Shown: piece after piece, positions 23,901-38,522 of the stretch
Position numbering within the stretch: the first letter of the stretch is position 1
Layout: every line of letters begins with the position of its first letter
NCBI GenBank assembly: GCA_951406725.2
Contig: OX597835.1
Coordinates: forward strand, 41,664,001-41,728,000
DNA length: 64,000 nucleotides
Reading direction: 5' to 3'
DNA from: Octopus vulgaris
Taxonomy: Eukaryota
Position numbers and translations under genes: made by a program
The notes under the pieces: generated by a model
Told to the model about the DNA's origin: nothing
Seen by the model: only the letters and a program-made list of their open reading frames with translations
The model's database searches: none

Positions 23901-26900
23901 AGTTTCCGTCTACCAAATCCACTCACAAGGCATTGGTCGGCCCGAGGCTATAGCAGAAGACACTTGCCCAAGGTGCCATGCAGTGGGACTGAACCCGGAA
24001 CCATGTGGTTGGTAAACAAGCTACTTACCACACAGCCACTCCTGGCATTGAAGAGTAGGTATGATAGGCTGGATCTGGATGGTTAGAACATAGAACAGGA
24101 AGCATATTTGGGCCGGATATGGCTGGTTTAAATGCTGAAGGGAACAAAGAAACGGGCAGAAAAAGAAAGAAAAAAGAAAACCAATAAAGAAAAGTGTATA
24201 AAGAAAACATCACCTGCTACAAAATTCTTTGTCATAATCAAAGAGGAATTCCCATCCATGGCTGACACGAACACGAGACATTTGTTCCAAAATGTCCTTG
24301 ACATCTTCAGCAGGCAACTAGAGAAATAGAAAAAGCAAAATGAGAACAATAATGGGTGTTCTTTTAGAAAATAGTAGAGTCTTACTTTATATTTTCTGAA
24401 TAGCTTTGACTGTAAACAAGAAAGGAACTAACCAAAGAGAATGGGACGAGGCAGAACTGCTTTGGCCTTTTAGTAATTAAACTGGTTAGCGGCTAACCGG
24501 CTTCCGTGCCAGTGGCACATAAAAGGCACCATTCGAGTATGATCGTTACCAGCATCGCCTTACTGGCACTTGTGCCCGTGCTAGCAGGGTGCTAAGAGTA
24601 CCATCCGAGCATGATCGTTGCCAGAGTGGCTAACTGGCTTCTATACTGGTGGCATATAAATGGCACCATTCAAGCATGATCGTTACCAGCGTCACCTTAC
24701 TGGCACCTGTGCTGGTGGCATGTGTAAAAAGATTCGAGCGAGGTCATTGCCAGCACCCACTACACTCTCGTGTAAGGGCATCTAGCTGTAGAAACTCTGC
24801 CAGATCAAGATTGGAGCCTGGTGCAGCCATCTGGTTTGCCAGTTCTCAGTCAAATCGTCCAACCCATGCTAGCATGGAAAGCGGATGCTAAACGATGATG
24901 ATATCTGGCCAAACTATTCTAGCTGTTTTATGTTCAAACTGGCCAGATCTGGCCTCTCGCACCTACCCTACAATATCATTCTTAAAATATACAATTACAT
25001 AATTCTAATCTCAATGCTAAAAGATAATGCATGATTAATTGAATAAATAAGCATAACATTTGACAAAATAATCTAAATGCTAAAGGATTAACAGCTGAAA
25101 TGGATGGACCGACTTACCTTTATGACAGAAGATATTTCTTTCCTGGTTACGTATCTGGTGTGAAGGAACTTCCACATCTGTAAAGGAAGAATATGTGGTT
25201 TACTTAATAGGGTCAGATAACAGCAGGGGACAGTGGGATTTCAAGGCAGAGACAGATTAGAAACAGTTACAGACCAATACAATGAGAGCACCATTTGAAC
25301 GTAGCCATTGCCAGTACCACCTGGCTGGCCCTCAGTTGGAATTCTATCATTCTTAGAAATGCCAAACATTTCTAGATTCTGAGATTCTGATAATATTGTT
25401 TTGATAAGATGAAGGTACTGACCAGGTAGTCTCTTCCTCGACATAAATGTTCAGCAGATACACCACTGTGGGGGCTTGTTGCATCTTTAGGGTACAGGAT
25501 TTCACTGAAATAAAACAAAAATTAATAATAATATTAAAACAGGAGCACAAACCTCCACCAAGGCAGCACTAATGCCCTCTCAACAATTACTCAGAGATGA
25601 TTTTTAAAATGAGAATATCTGAAATAAACTCAACTGCTCTCAAAAGAATACTAAAAACGAACCCAACCACTCTCAAAAATTAAGTAAAAAAACCCGGAAA
25701 AATAACCCAGAATCCTTATCCGGTACCTGATCGATCCCACTGGTAGATGTAGAATGTGAAGGTGGCTGTAGAGAATTTAGTAACAGCAATAAATAGTTTA
25801 TCCTTATCTAATACAAGCCAAAATTAACAAATTCCCCATTCAATATAGTTACAGCCTAAAGGGAGATAATTGCGAAAGACTTGAAAGTTAACGTTAGATC
25901 GTAATCATGTAAAGTAAATATAATAAAAAATAATTCAGAATGCTTATCCGGTACCAGATCGATCCCAAAATCTAATCAGTTCATGCCAGTCACGAGACCA
26001 AACAGCCCTGAAAGTTTCATCCGAATCCATCCAGCGGTTCTTGAGATATCTTGTCCATGGTCAAACAAATAAACAATACCTCCGTCTTTGCTTACATAGT
26101 AATTGTGGTAGTGGTTATAGTAGTAGTAGTATTTGTAATAACTGCTGTTGTAGTAGTAGTAAAAAAAAAAAATAATTTCTAAAAAGGATCATTACAATTA
26201 TACAAAATTATTGATGATGAAGCAGGTGCGACTGTGCAGGGTTCAGTCCCACTGCGTGGCACCTTGGGAAAGTGTCTTCTACTATGGCCTTGGGCCAACC
26301 AAAGGCTTGTGAGTGGATTTACGGAAACTGAAAGAAGCCTGTTGTGTATGTGTGTTTGTCCCCTACTATCGCTTGACGACCGGTGGTGGTGTGTTTACAT
26401 CCAGGTAACTTTGCTGTTTGGCAAAAGAGACTGATAGAATAAGTACTAGGCTTTGAAAAATATTAAGTCCTGGGGGTCAATTTGTTCGGCTAAAACACTT
26501 CAAGACGGTGCCCCAGCATAGCCGCAGTCAAATAACTGAAACAAGCAAAAGATATGTGATTTCCACGCTGGCATGAGTTGGAACTTTCAACAGGATCCGA
26601 CAGGTTCAGAGACGACATCGTACTGTAGGGTCCCAGTTTTGACAAACCTTCAACACCTGGATGGCCCTTCCTGAACACCTGATTCTCATTGTTTATGTGT
26701 AACTCATGCAAGAATAGAAAAGTGGAACGATGACGATGATGATGAAGAAGCAGGTTACAGGGCTGTGTATTCAATGAAAACTGTAGGTGCAAAAGAGGTA
26801 TAGAGGGAGTACAGATAAGATGACAGAGAGAAGGAGGACTTTGTATGCACAGGAGTAATTAACATGAAGAGACTTTCCCACCACAACAGAATTGAGATCC

Positions 26901-28877
26901 TAAAACCAAGGTGCCATGTACAAAGTGCTGGTGCCACTTAAAAAGCACTTGTGACAGAAACACATAAAAAGCACCTGTGATGATGACATTAAATACACCC
27001 AGTACACTCTGTGGAGTGGCTGGTGTAAGGAAGGGCATCCAAGGCGCAGGAGTGGCTGTGTGGTAAGTAGCTTGCCAACCAACCACATGGTTCCGGGTTC
27101 AGTTCCACTGCGTGGCATCTTGGGCAAGTGTCTTCTGCTATAGCCTCGGGCCGATCAAAGCCTTGTGAGTGGATTTGGTAGACGGAAACTGAAAGAAGCC
27201 CATCGTGTATATATGTATGTATTTGTATATGTTTGTGTGTCTGTGTTTGTCCGCCAACATTGCTTGACAACCGATGCTGGTGTGTTTATGTCCCCGTCAC
27301 TTAGCGGTTTGGCAAAAGAGACCGATAGAATAAGTACTGGGCCTACAAAGAATAAGTCCCCGGGGTCGATTTGCTCGACTAAAGGCGGTGCTCCAGCATG
27401 GCCACAGTCAAATGACTGAAACAAGTAAAAGAGTAAACTGTGGAAACCAAACCAAAACACACTATGGAACGTGGTCTGGCGCCTGGCCTTGCCAGTTACT
27501 ATCAAGCACTCCAATCCATACCAACATGGAAAACAGACATTATATGTTGATGATGATGAATTTTCATAAACTAAACTCTTTCAAATATCTGACAACTTCT
27601 GGTACTGTGGTGGTTGAACTAACAGTGCAAAGCATTGAGTAAGAACTTGGGGAGCTGTTACCTCCTCTGGCAACAAAAAAGGTTTTATCTGATTAAAGAG
27701 CAGATTGGGTGTGTAGAGTGATATTGTCTGGTAGTGAAACAAGGGCATTAAATGCAGAGGATATAAGAAAGTTGGAAGGAAATGAAGAAAGCGTGGATTG
27801 CACTGGATGTGTAATGTTAATATGAAGGAACAAAGACATTCGAATGAGTTGAGAGAAAAACTGGGTATTAAAGGAATCAAATGTAGTGTGTGCGTGAGAG
27901 AAGACTGTGCTGGTACAGACATGTGAAGTGACAAGGAGTCCAAGTGATAAGACCCTGCAATCAATGATACACACAGACACATTTTTTTTTTTTAAACCTG
28001 TTCCCCTGGTGTCTTCAACATCTAAAATACTGCCTACTTTTGACAATACCTGAATATACCGCATAGCTCAGTCTGTAGAGCATCAGACTTTTATAGGTCA
28101 ACCTTAAAAGTAGTCTGAGGGTCGCAGGTTCGTGTCCCTCTGCGGGTGTAAACCATTTTAGGCTTAGGAGTGGCAGTGTGGTAAGTAGCTTGCTTACAAA
28201 CCACATGGTTCCGGGTTTTTGTCCCACTGCGTGGCACCTTGGGCAGGTGTGTTCTACTATAGCCTCAGGCCGACCAAAGCTTTGTGAGTGGAATTGATAG
28301 ACGGAAACTGAAAGAAGCCTGTCGTATATATGTATATATGTGTGTGTGAGTGTGTATGTTTGTGTGTCTTGTCCCCCAACATCGATTGACAACCAATGCT
28401 GGTGTTTACGTCCCTGTAGCTTAGCGGTTCAGCAAAGGAGACCAATAGAATAAGTACTAGGCTTATAAAGAATAAGTCAATTTGCTCGACTAAAGGCGGT
28501 GCTGCAGTATGGCCACAGTCAAATGAAATAATTCTAATGCATTGGATGGAATCATTTAAAGCTGCCATGGATTTTTTTTCCTGCTATTTAATCCTTTTGA
28601 CACCAACCCCCACCTGAGGCCACCCCTGGTTTTATGACACAAACTCCCTGTTTTAAAGTTAACTCAGTTAAAAACAATCTTTTACTTGTTTCAGTCATTT
28701 GACTGCGGCCATGCTGGAGCACCGCCTTTAGTCGAGCAAATCGACCCCGGGACTTATTCTTTTGTAAGCCCAGTACTTATTCTATCGGTCTCTTTTGCCT
28801 AAATGATAAGTGACGGGGACGTAAACACACCAGCATCGGTTGTCAAGCAATGCTAAGGGGACAAACACATACAGACA

Positions 28878-28915
<38 letters not shown>

Positions 28916-31900
28916 TACGACGGGCTTCTTTCAGTTTCTGTCTACCAAATCCACTCATATGGCTTTGGTCGGCCCGGGGCTATAGCAGAAGACACTTGCC
29001 CAAGGTGCCACGCAGTGGGACTGAACCCGGAACCATGTGGTTGGTAAGCAAGCTACTTACCACACAGCCACTCCTGCGCCTATATTCAAAATTTCATGGT
29101 AATTTACGTTCCAAACATCAACTGACAAAATTATTACACTAAATACTTAATTAGATTCAAAATAAATTGAAACAGAAATAATGATAATGAAACACCATCC
29201 GATTGTGGCTGTTGCCAGCCTCACCTGGTCCGTTGCCGGTGGCACGTAAAAAGCACCATCCGAGCGTGGCCGTTCGCCAGCCTTGTCTGGCACCTGTGTC
29301 GGTGGCACGTAAAAAACACCCACTACACTTATGGAGTGGTTGGCTTTAGGAAGGGCATCCAGCTGTAGAAACACTGCCAGATCAGACTGGAGCCTGGTGC
29401 AGCCTTCTAGCTTCACAGACCCCAGTTGAACCGTCCAACCCATGCTAGCATGGAAAGCGGACGCTAAATGATGATGATGATGATGATGATAATGAAAAGA
29501 TTAGGCAAAAAAAATAATCAAACAAATAATGCAAAAACAGTGGCAATACCTTTTCACGACCCAACAACCTTGAACAAGAACAGCAACTTGCTGAAGGCAT
29601 CGTATAACAGCAGTTGAGTCGGTTCCTTGAGGTAAAAGGGCCAGCAGTTGACGGAACCTGATGACTTTTGCTGGAGGAAAGAAGGGGGAAAAAAGAGAGA
29701 AATTAGGAAAGACAGCAATTCTACAAATTACATGGGCAAAAGCAAAGCTGTGGGGTTCAAAATGTAGGTTTTTGTAAATAGATGTGTCTGGGTTCAATCC
29801 CATTGAGTAGCATCTTGGTACTAAAAACAATTACTTAAGTCTTTAGTGGTTGACCAATGCCACTGGAAAGAAATTTGGTTAGCACAAACTGTTCAGAAGC
29901 CTAGCACATTATTTAATTGTCTAGGGGTTGTCTTGCTTTTCTGATGTCTGATGGGAAAAAGAGGTTAAAATATATTATCTTCAATGGATGATATACCATA
30001 AATCCTCGATTATAGTCTGCCCTCGAGTATAATACGCAGGGAATTTTTAGGGGGCTATACCTCTGAAAAACCTAAACCTTGTGTATAATACGCACCCATT
30101 CTCTAACTTGAGCCAAGGAGGTCTATATAACGTCCTTGGTTTGTAAAACTGTATACGGTAACGTCCTTTATTATTATTGTATATATAACATAATGCAAAC
30201 GTGTAGCATTTTTGTGCATTTTGTTTGCAGAAAACAAAGAAATAACAGTAATAACGTTTAATAAATGTTGCTTATTGCAAGTTATGGATGATTCTTTTGA
30301 CTTCATTGCTTTCTGGCTTAGCTTAAGGTATTTTCACGCCCGACATCACAAAATGCGTCTGAATAAACATTGTCGGACAGCAAAGAGAGACTCGGACATT
30401 GCTTAGAAAATAGTTTTCATTTTTAACCTCATATATAGAACGCACAAGGGATTTTGACCTTTAAATTTGGGGGGAAAAATGCAGATTATACTCGAGGATT
30501 TACGGTATTCTTATGTTTTACAATGTTGCATCTTTTGTGTAGTTTACACTGGAGACTAGTTTTGGAAAAGTTATCATCATCATCATCATCATTTAACATC
30601 CGTTTTCCAGGCTGGCATGGGTTGGACAGTTTGACAAGAGCTGAACTAGGTTCCATAGTCTGTTTTGGCATGGTTTCTACAACTGGATGCCCTTCTTAAT
30701 GCCAACCACTTTAGAGTGTGCCGGGTGCTTATGGCATTAGCACCAAAAGTGTTTGCAAGCTGTTGGATGTTAATAGATGTTACTAGAAGTTGGTATTAAA
30801 AAAATAATAAATGCGCTCTTTTAAAGCTTAGCCAGGATCATGGGCCCGGTTTACCGGTTTCAATGGCGTATGTGTTCCCCAGCTGAACGGGACGCCAGTC
30901 CTTCGCAGCATTACTAATTTTTGCCAGCTGAGTGAACTGGAACAACATGAAATGAAGTGTTTTGCTCAAAGAACACAACGCGTCGCCCGGTCCAGGAATC
31001 GAAACCACAATCTTTCGATCATGATGGAACCTGGTCTGGCCCCTGACCTTGCCAGTTACTGTCAAGCACTCCAATCCATACCAGCATGGAAAACAGACAT
31101 TATACGTTGATGATGATGAATTTTCATAAACTAAACTCTTTCAAATATCTGATAACTTCTGGTACTGTGGTGGTTGAACTAACAGTGGAAAGCATTGAGT
31201 AAGAACTTGGGGAGCTGTTACCTCCTCTGGCAACAAAAAAGGTCTTATCTGAGTAAAGAGCAGATTGTATGACGCTTGGGTGTGTAGAGTGATATTGTCT
31301 GGTAGTGAAACACGGGCATTAAATGCAGAGGATATAAGAAAGTTGGAAGGAAATGAAGAAAGCATGGATTGCACTGGATGTGTAATGTTAATATGAAGGA
31401 ACAAAGACATTCAAATGAGTTGAGAGAACTCTAACCACTAAGCCACGCACCTCCACAGAAGTTGATATTGGCATGTATTATATAATGTAATTGAAGTTGA
31501 TGTTGTTAATTACTTTGTAGTGTGACATGTAACAAGGCATAGTTCATAGAGAACAATGCCTCACAGAGGAGAAAGCAGGAGAATAGATACAAAATAATTG
31601 AAGAATAACATTGCTCATAACTCTTTTGATATCAACCTGCCTGAAACTGTCCTTGGTTCTATGATACAAACTTTTTGCTTTAAAGGGATTGAAAAATTAT
31701 TAAAACCTTCCATGGATATTTTTGTTCCAAGCACCAACTTAAAAATGACGAAATTATTTTGGTAAATTCTTCATTATTTTCAGAATTAATTGAAACTGAA
31801 ACAAATGCAGAATATTTCAACAGAAATACAGTAACAAAAGGGTTAAGCGAGAGATGAGCTGCTGGTTAAAGTCTTTTGGATATCTTACCATTGATGAGAA

Positions 31901-34900
31901 GAGCTTTCACCTGGTCTTGGAGCGGCATTGTACGCAGCTGACTCAAAGAGAGGATGTTGCTTGGCAGAGCTGGTTTCTCCCTGTTGTAATAAATAACAAA
32001 CACAACTGTGATATACAGTGGCAACAAGGAGCACTAATTACAGATTAATTTCATCACTAATGAGCAAATGTACGGACAACAGATTGGTAGAATAGTTAGA
32101 ACATTGGTTAAGACTCTTTGCAGTACTTAGTCCCGATACTTTACATGTTGCTTGGGATTGAACTTACAACCTTACAATCATGAGCTGGATAACACCCTAA
32201 CCACTAAGCCATGCACCTTCACAAAAATAAAAATAATAATAATAAAAAAGGGCAGGACACTTTTTAACAGTTTACCTTTCATTTTTCAACCATAAAATAA
32301 ACACAGCACACAACACAAACAAACAAAACATAGCTGACCCCTTCCCCACACGCACACAGAAGTTAATTCTACACAACAGGGGCCATCACAACAGAAGAAC
32401 AAGATGGGTTCACAATACTTACTCCTCCTCCTCAGTAACAGGTGGCATTAGTTTCTCCAAATACTCCCATGGTGGAATGTTAAACTCACTGATGTCATGG
32501 TTTTTCGTAGCAAACAGCATATTCCTCTCTGCTAGTGATCTGTCGTCCTGTGAAAGAAAGGCAAAGCTTTGTGAGTGAACTCAGTAAGATGGAAACTGAA
32601 AAGGAGTTTACCACATGTGCGTGCATGCGTGTGCACATGTGGCGCTTGTTTACAAGCATCACAATCATAGAAGTGATGTCACTTGTCTGCAGTCTTCTGT
32701 TAAAAAACATGTCCAGCCAAGTGGAAAAATTGGGTTGTCCAGTAAGTTCGTGCCGATTTTTAAAGGAAAGAAAAAGGTCAATAAATACTTGCCATTACAT
32801 TTTTATTCAACCAAATATGAACCATTTTGTTGCACAATGCGTCTCCATCTTTCAACTTGAAAATACCCTCTTCCCAGAATTAAGGTGGCTTCATGGCAAA
32901 GAATTCATCAAGGTATCTTTTTACGTCATCCAAGGAATTGAAATGTTTACCATTAAGACTATTCTGCAGAGACCTGAATAAGTGGAAATCCGAAGGAGCA
33001 ATATCTGGTGAATATGGAGGGTGGGGTAACACATCCCAGCCGATCTGCAACAATTTTTGTCTGGTTCCCAAAGCCTCAAGTGCCGAAAATGAACTTTCTT
33101 ATCTTCCAATTTAAAGGGTTACAGAATTAACACAGGTTATAGGAACATAAACCTTCTTCCACAAAAAGATAGCTTAAACTGTGCTCTAAATGGAGGTGTA
33201 GTCAAATCCTATTTTATGGACTCAACCATGTTCTAAGATAAGTCGAAAGGTAAGCTACTATAAATCGGCACGAACTTTCCGGATAACCCAATATTAGCTA
33301 CAATGCGGGTGATGGTTCAGTTAGGACATCCAATTGTAGAAAATGTGCCTTAATGAATTCCATCCGACCCATGCAAGAATGATGACAATTATAAGACTTA
33401 AAGGTGGAAAGTGTTTATGTAAAATGACTTACATCCCTAGAATGGTATCTAAGGTCTACCCACTGCTCTTCATCTCGCTTCTTCTGGTAATAATCATATG
33501 ATGCCATGCGTCTGGCTTTTGCTTCGACAGTTTCATGCCGGGCAAACTTCAGCCGAACAGGTTTAGCTTCCTCTTCTTCCTCCTCTTGAGAAGATTCTGG
33601 AAAACATAATGAACAATAAAGGGAAAATGTGGGACGAAGATATACAGATGTTGGGATTCACCGCGGGGGATGACAGAAGACTGAGAATTATGGCATTTGG
33701 CTGTGCTGGAGAAAACATGTCAAGCGAAGTAAAAGCATGGTTGCCTTTGCATACAGGCCTGTTCCCTGCATCCTTCTCCAGCTGAGCATTTCTAATCTTG
33801 CAGGCTAATCGTGGGTGCTGGTGCCACGTAAAAAGCACCTGTACCAGCGCCATGTAAATCAGAGCAAGTATCTTCTACTAAAGCCTTGTGAATGGATTTG
33901 GGAGATAGCATTTGAAAGAAGCCTGTTACACACACACACACAGTGTTTGGTTAAACTAGAAAAAAAAACATGTTAAATGAATAATAGAACATATGAAAAA
34001 AAAAAGTTCCTTCTGGGATGTAGTTTTGTAGTCTAAGCAGAATCTTTGACAGATTAATTCGAGATAAGTGTAGCATGGAACAATTGAGTGTTGTGTTATT
34101 CCAGATCAGTGATAAATGAGGAAAGGTGTGTAATGTGAAGAGAGAATCCATTTATGATATACAAAAACTCCAGAAGACAAAATAGAAAAACTGGAAGGTC
34201 AAAGATGGTGTTTAGTGGGTCGAATATTAAGCTCATGGTTTTATTGTTCTTAAATGCTTCACTTACCTCCTCCTTCACTCTGCTTGATATTGAGCTTTTG
34301 CTTGGCATCTGCTCTGTCCATGTAAGAGAATGATGGCCTGACTTGGGCCATGGCATACAACGGAGTCAAATGAAACTCATCTACAAAGAAAAACAGTTTA
34401 GGGTGTATAATAATAATAATAATAATAATAATTATAGTTTAGGATTTTACTGAAATCAACTGAAACAAGCAACGGTAATATATTTTAGCATTTTTAGATT
34501 AACTAGCAGTATAGCCCGGCGTTGCTCAGGTTTCTTTTCTTTTCGACCCTTTAGAATTGAAATTTTTGAAAAGTAAAAATTTTGCATTATGTAGCTTGTT
34601 ATTCTCTTTAAGTGAAAACTTTTCTGGTTGAAATACACCAAAAAATGGCCGACACAGCAGTAAAAAAATAGTAGTGTCCTCACAGTTAAAACAATACAAT
34701 TAGGGGTGTGTATTTACTTTTGAGGTGTCTGTGTGTGAGGGTATGTGTGTATATCTACATCTATCTACTCAAACACACATAAAACACTCAGTAAGGTGTT
34801 AGGGAGGGCAACCAGATGTAAAATCCCTGCCAAAACAGACACTGAAGCCTGGTGCAGTCTTCTGCCTAGCCAGCTCGTCAAACCGTCTAACCCATGCCAG

Positions 34901-37900
34901 CATGGAAAATAGATGTTAAGTGGTTATGATGATATGCACACACATTTTGAGTTACAAGCAATTCTAATAATGCAAACATTTACAGATGTCCCTTCCTCAA
35001 TGCAAGTGTTTCATTAAGTATGTGGCATCAGTAATGTTTATATTACTAAAGCTGCTTCTAATTCAAAATTCAATTTTGTTTTACTGGTGCAGTGCTGTTG
35101 CACATCAGCAAATGGGTTTCATACTGTCTACATATACACCACAGACCAGCACCAATTTGAAATATTGATATCCACTTTTCTTATTCACCTCTGGAGCTAT
35201 TTGTTTCATCTATGTTTTGGGTTATTCTGATTTTTAACACTCGACATCTTAAAAGGTTTTTATACGTATATACATATACATATATACATATAGATATACA
35301 CATAAAAATATCGTGTACATTAGAACACATTAAGAGGCTTCCAAATAGGAAAGCCTTCTACTAGAAAGAGCAGTAGAAAACTCAAACCATTAATTATGGA
35401 TAAATTCTCGAAAGGATTGAAAATTAAATCCTTTCGAGAATTTATACCCTAATTAGTGGTTTGAGTTTTCTACTGCTCTTTCTAGCACAAGGCTAGAAGC
35501 CTCTTAATGTGTTTTAATGTACACAATATTTTTATGTGAATAATATATAGTCTATTGACATTTTTTTTGTGCTAGGCCACTGGTAATAATAATTTCTATA
35601 ATTCTTATTACCCTAATATTATTTAATATGTTTATATATATATATATATATAAAGGAAAAAACAGGTAGTCAGAATTTTGGATAATTATTTATTTAGCAC
35701 TTTCATCTAATTTCAGAGATTCATTAGGAATGATATTTTTCAGAAAATTTATGCCTTTTTTGTGGAGTTGAATTGGGAAGAGAATGTTCTTTGTTCTTTC
35801 AAATCTATGTACGTGGTGAATTTTTGGAGGCTTGGTTAGAAGAATAAAAAACATAAGACAGACAAGACAGCATACATGATGTACGCAGAAGGTGATAGAC
35901 TTTATCTGATGTTTTATTTTAACAACTGCTGTAAGGATGGAAGGCAAAGTAGACCTTGGGAAATTTGAGTTCAAAATGTAAATGGATGTAATTAAATATA
36001 ACAAGGCATTTGGCCCATCATGCAACCAGTTCTGCTATAAATAAAGGGCACCAACAACAATAAACAAAAACATGAACAATTCCAAATATAGTTATAACTT
36101 ACTATCTTTGTAAATACCAACAGCGTATCGATGGGTGGAGACTGATGACGGTCCGGAGGCAAGAATGGTTTTGTCCATGACATTACTAGAGGAAGAAATG
36201 ACAGGTTTTCAGTTGACTATATCAAAAATGATATATATAATAACAGTGATTAATTACAACAGGTAATTTAATTAAGCTATAGGAATCCAGGGAATCCTGT
36301 TGAAGATAAAAATAATCAAGTTTACGAGATTGATGTGAAAGAGAGAGAGAGAGGGGCAGAGTTTGAAGGGTGTCTGTTTATTGCAGGAACCACTGATACA
36401 ACCATTGTGCTGTGTATGGTCCAAAGCATGCAATGAGGTTTTGAGGCGAGTTGGAAAGTGCCAAGAGATTTAGAAAACAAGGGTTTTTAACGCACCTCAG
36501 TTGTGCAAAAACAATTTCAACATTTGTCAGCCACAGATGTCACCATCACTTTTAACATCAACCAATTCCCTACTCAAAGAAGAAGAGTAAAGACCCCCTT
36601 TGGTCATGGATGATCATGGGATTGCACCTAGAAAGTTCCCCTCTGAGACACAAGTCCGGGCAAGGTTGTTTATGGAAGACCAGCAGTCGCCCATGCATAC
36701 CAGCCTCCCTTCTCCGTGCCACTGATGTTATTCAAAGGAAAGGCAAAGGCTGATACAGCTTGGCACCAGGGACGTTGCAACTCACTTCTACAGCTGAGTG
36801 AACTGGAGTAACGTGAAATGAAGTGTCTTGCTCAAAAGAATGAAGAATTTAGGCAAAACCAACAAGATGGTGTTTGGGACTATAAATTTACATGAGATTT
36901 AAAATTTTTTTACTTTATACTTGTTTCAGTCATTTGACTACGATCATGCTGGATCACCACCTTGAAAGATTTTAGTCAAACAAATCAACCCTAGAATTTA
37001 TTTTCTCAAGCCTAGTACTTATTCTATTGGTCGCTTGTGTCAAATTGCTAAGTTGTGGGGATGTAAACACAGATACAAAAGCACACACACAGGTATATAC
37101 ATATAAACAATGGGCTTCTTTCAGTTTCTGTTTACCAAATCCACACACAAGGCTTTGGCTGACCTAAGGCTGAAGAAGAAGACACTTGCCGAAGGTGCCA
37201 TGCAGTGGGACTGAACATGGAACCATATGGTTGGGAAGCAAGGTTTTAATATAAGAATATTTTAAACAGAAAGTTCAATTCATAGAACCTAGGATGGTCT
37301 CAGGTAAGTTGCGATCAAAAGGGTTAAACTTTCCACAAATAATTTTAGGCAAAGAATGTTTTCTAAATGATGGACAGAGATACCTGACTAAATCCTGAAC
37401 AAATTTCTGACTATTTTCACCTGGGTGTGTATTTAATTAGAAATACAGACACTAAATGGGTTAATGAAGCATTAATACAAACAAAGACTATTTACCTGTC
37501 AAAGAAGTTCTGTTCAGAAGGTTTATATCGACCGTCGACCATGAGGGCCATCTGTTCACCTTTGCTGAATGCATAATTGTTGCTCTTTGTATTAACAGGA
37601 AGTTGGATTTCAATCTGAAGGCCATACGAAAATAAAATTTCAAAAATTAACAACAGAGAAAAATAATGTCTAAAATAGGAACAAGGTCAGACATTTTGGA
37701 GTAAAACTAAAGGCGATTATATTGATCGCAGTACTTGAGTGGTATTATACCAGAGGGGGCAAAATTGACCTTTGTGTGATTTGAACTCAGAATGTAAAAA
37801 GCCAGAATGAATGCTGTGAGATGTTTTTCCTGATGCTCTCACAATTTTGCCATAATAATAATAATAATAATAATAATAATAGCCCTTATGCAGTACCAGG

Positions 37901-38442
37901 CAGTGGCTCTCGTGGTTTCTGATCTTAACTGATTGGAAGTGTTATCATGTAAATTGTTTTGTCTTGGTGTAAAAAAGATGGGCTACAGCAAATATTCTGC
38001 TCAGTAGCACAGGTTTGCTTGTCAGTTGTTTGACCTTTACCAGTTGACTGTGTCCCTTAGTGGCTGATGATATGTGCATCTCTGACCACGAGCAGAAATA
38101 GTGGGGGATCATCATAGCTATGTGTTGAGAGGAATTCTTTGGTGTTTGGATAATTCACCTTCGGAAACATGGGTGTTTTGTTCAAATCCTTAAACAACCC
38201 TTATTCAGGGACCTTTTGAGCAGGAAGGGCTACTTGACTTCAAGAAAATTCTAACTGGGCCCCACCTGTGCTGTTTATCTTGATATGAGATCACCATATC
38301 ATGCACATGTGGTTGTGATGCATGTGCCTAGTGTACCCTTATCAGACGGGTAGTCGTGATGGGTATACTGGGCTTCATATATTTTACCCCAGTGTCACTT
38401 AGATGGCATGCACTGCTTTCTCACTCAATAATAATAATGATG

Positions 38443-38522
<80 letters not shown>

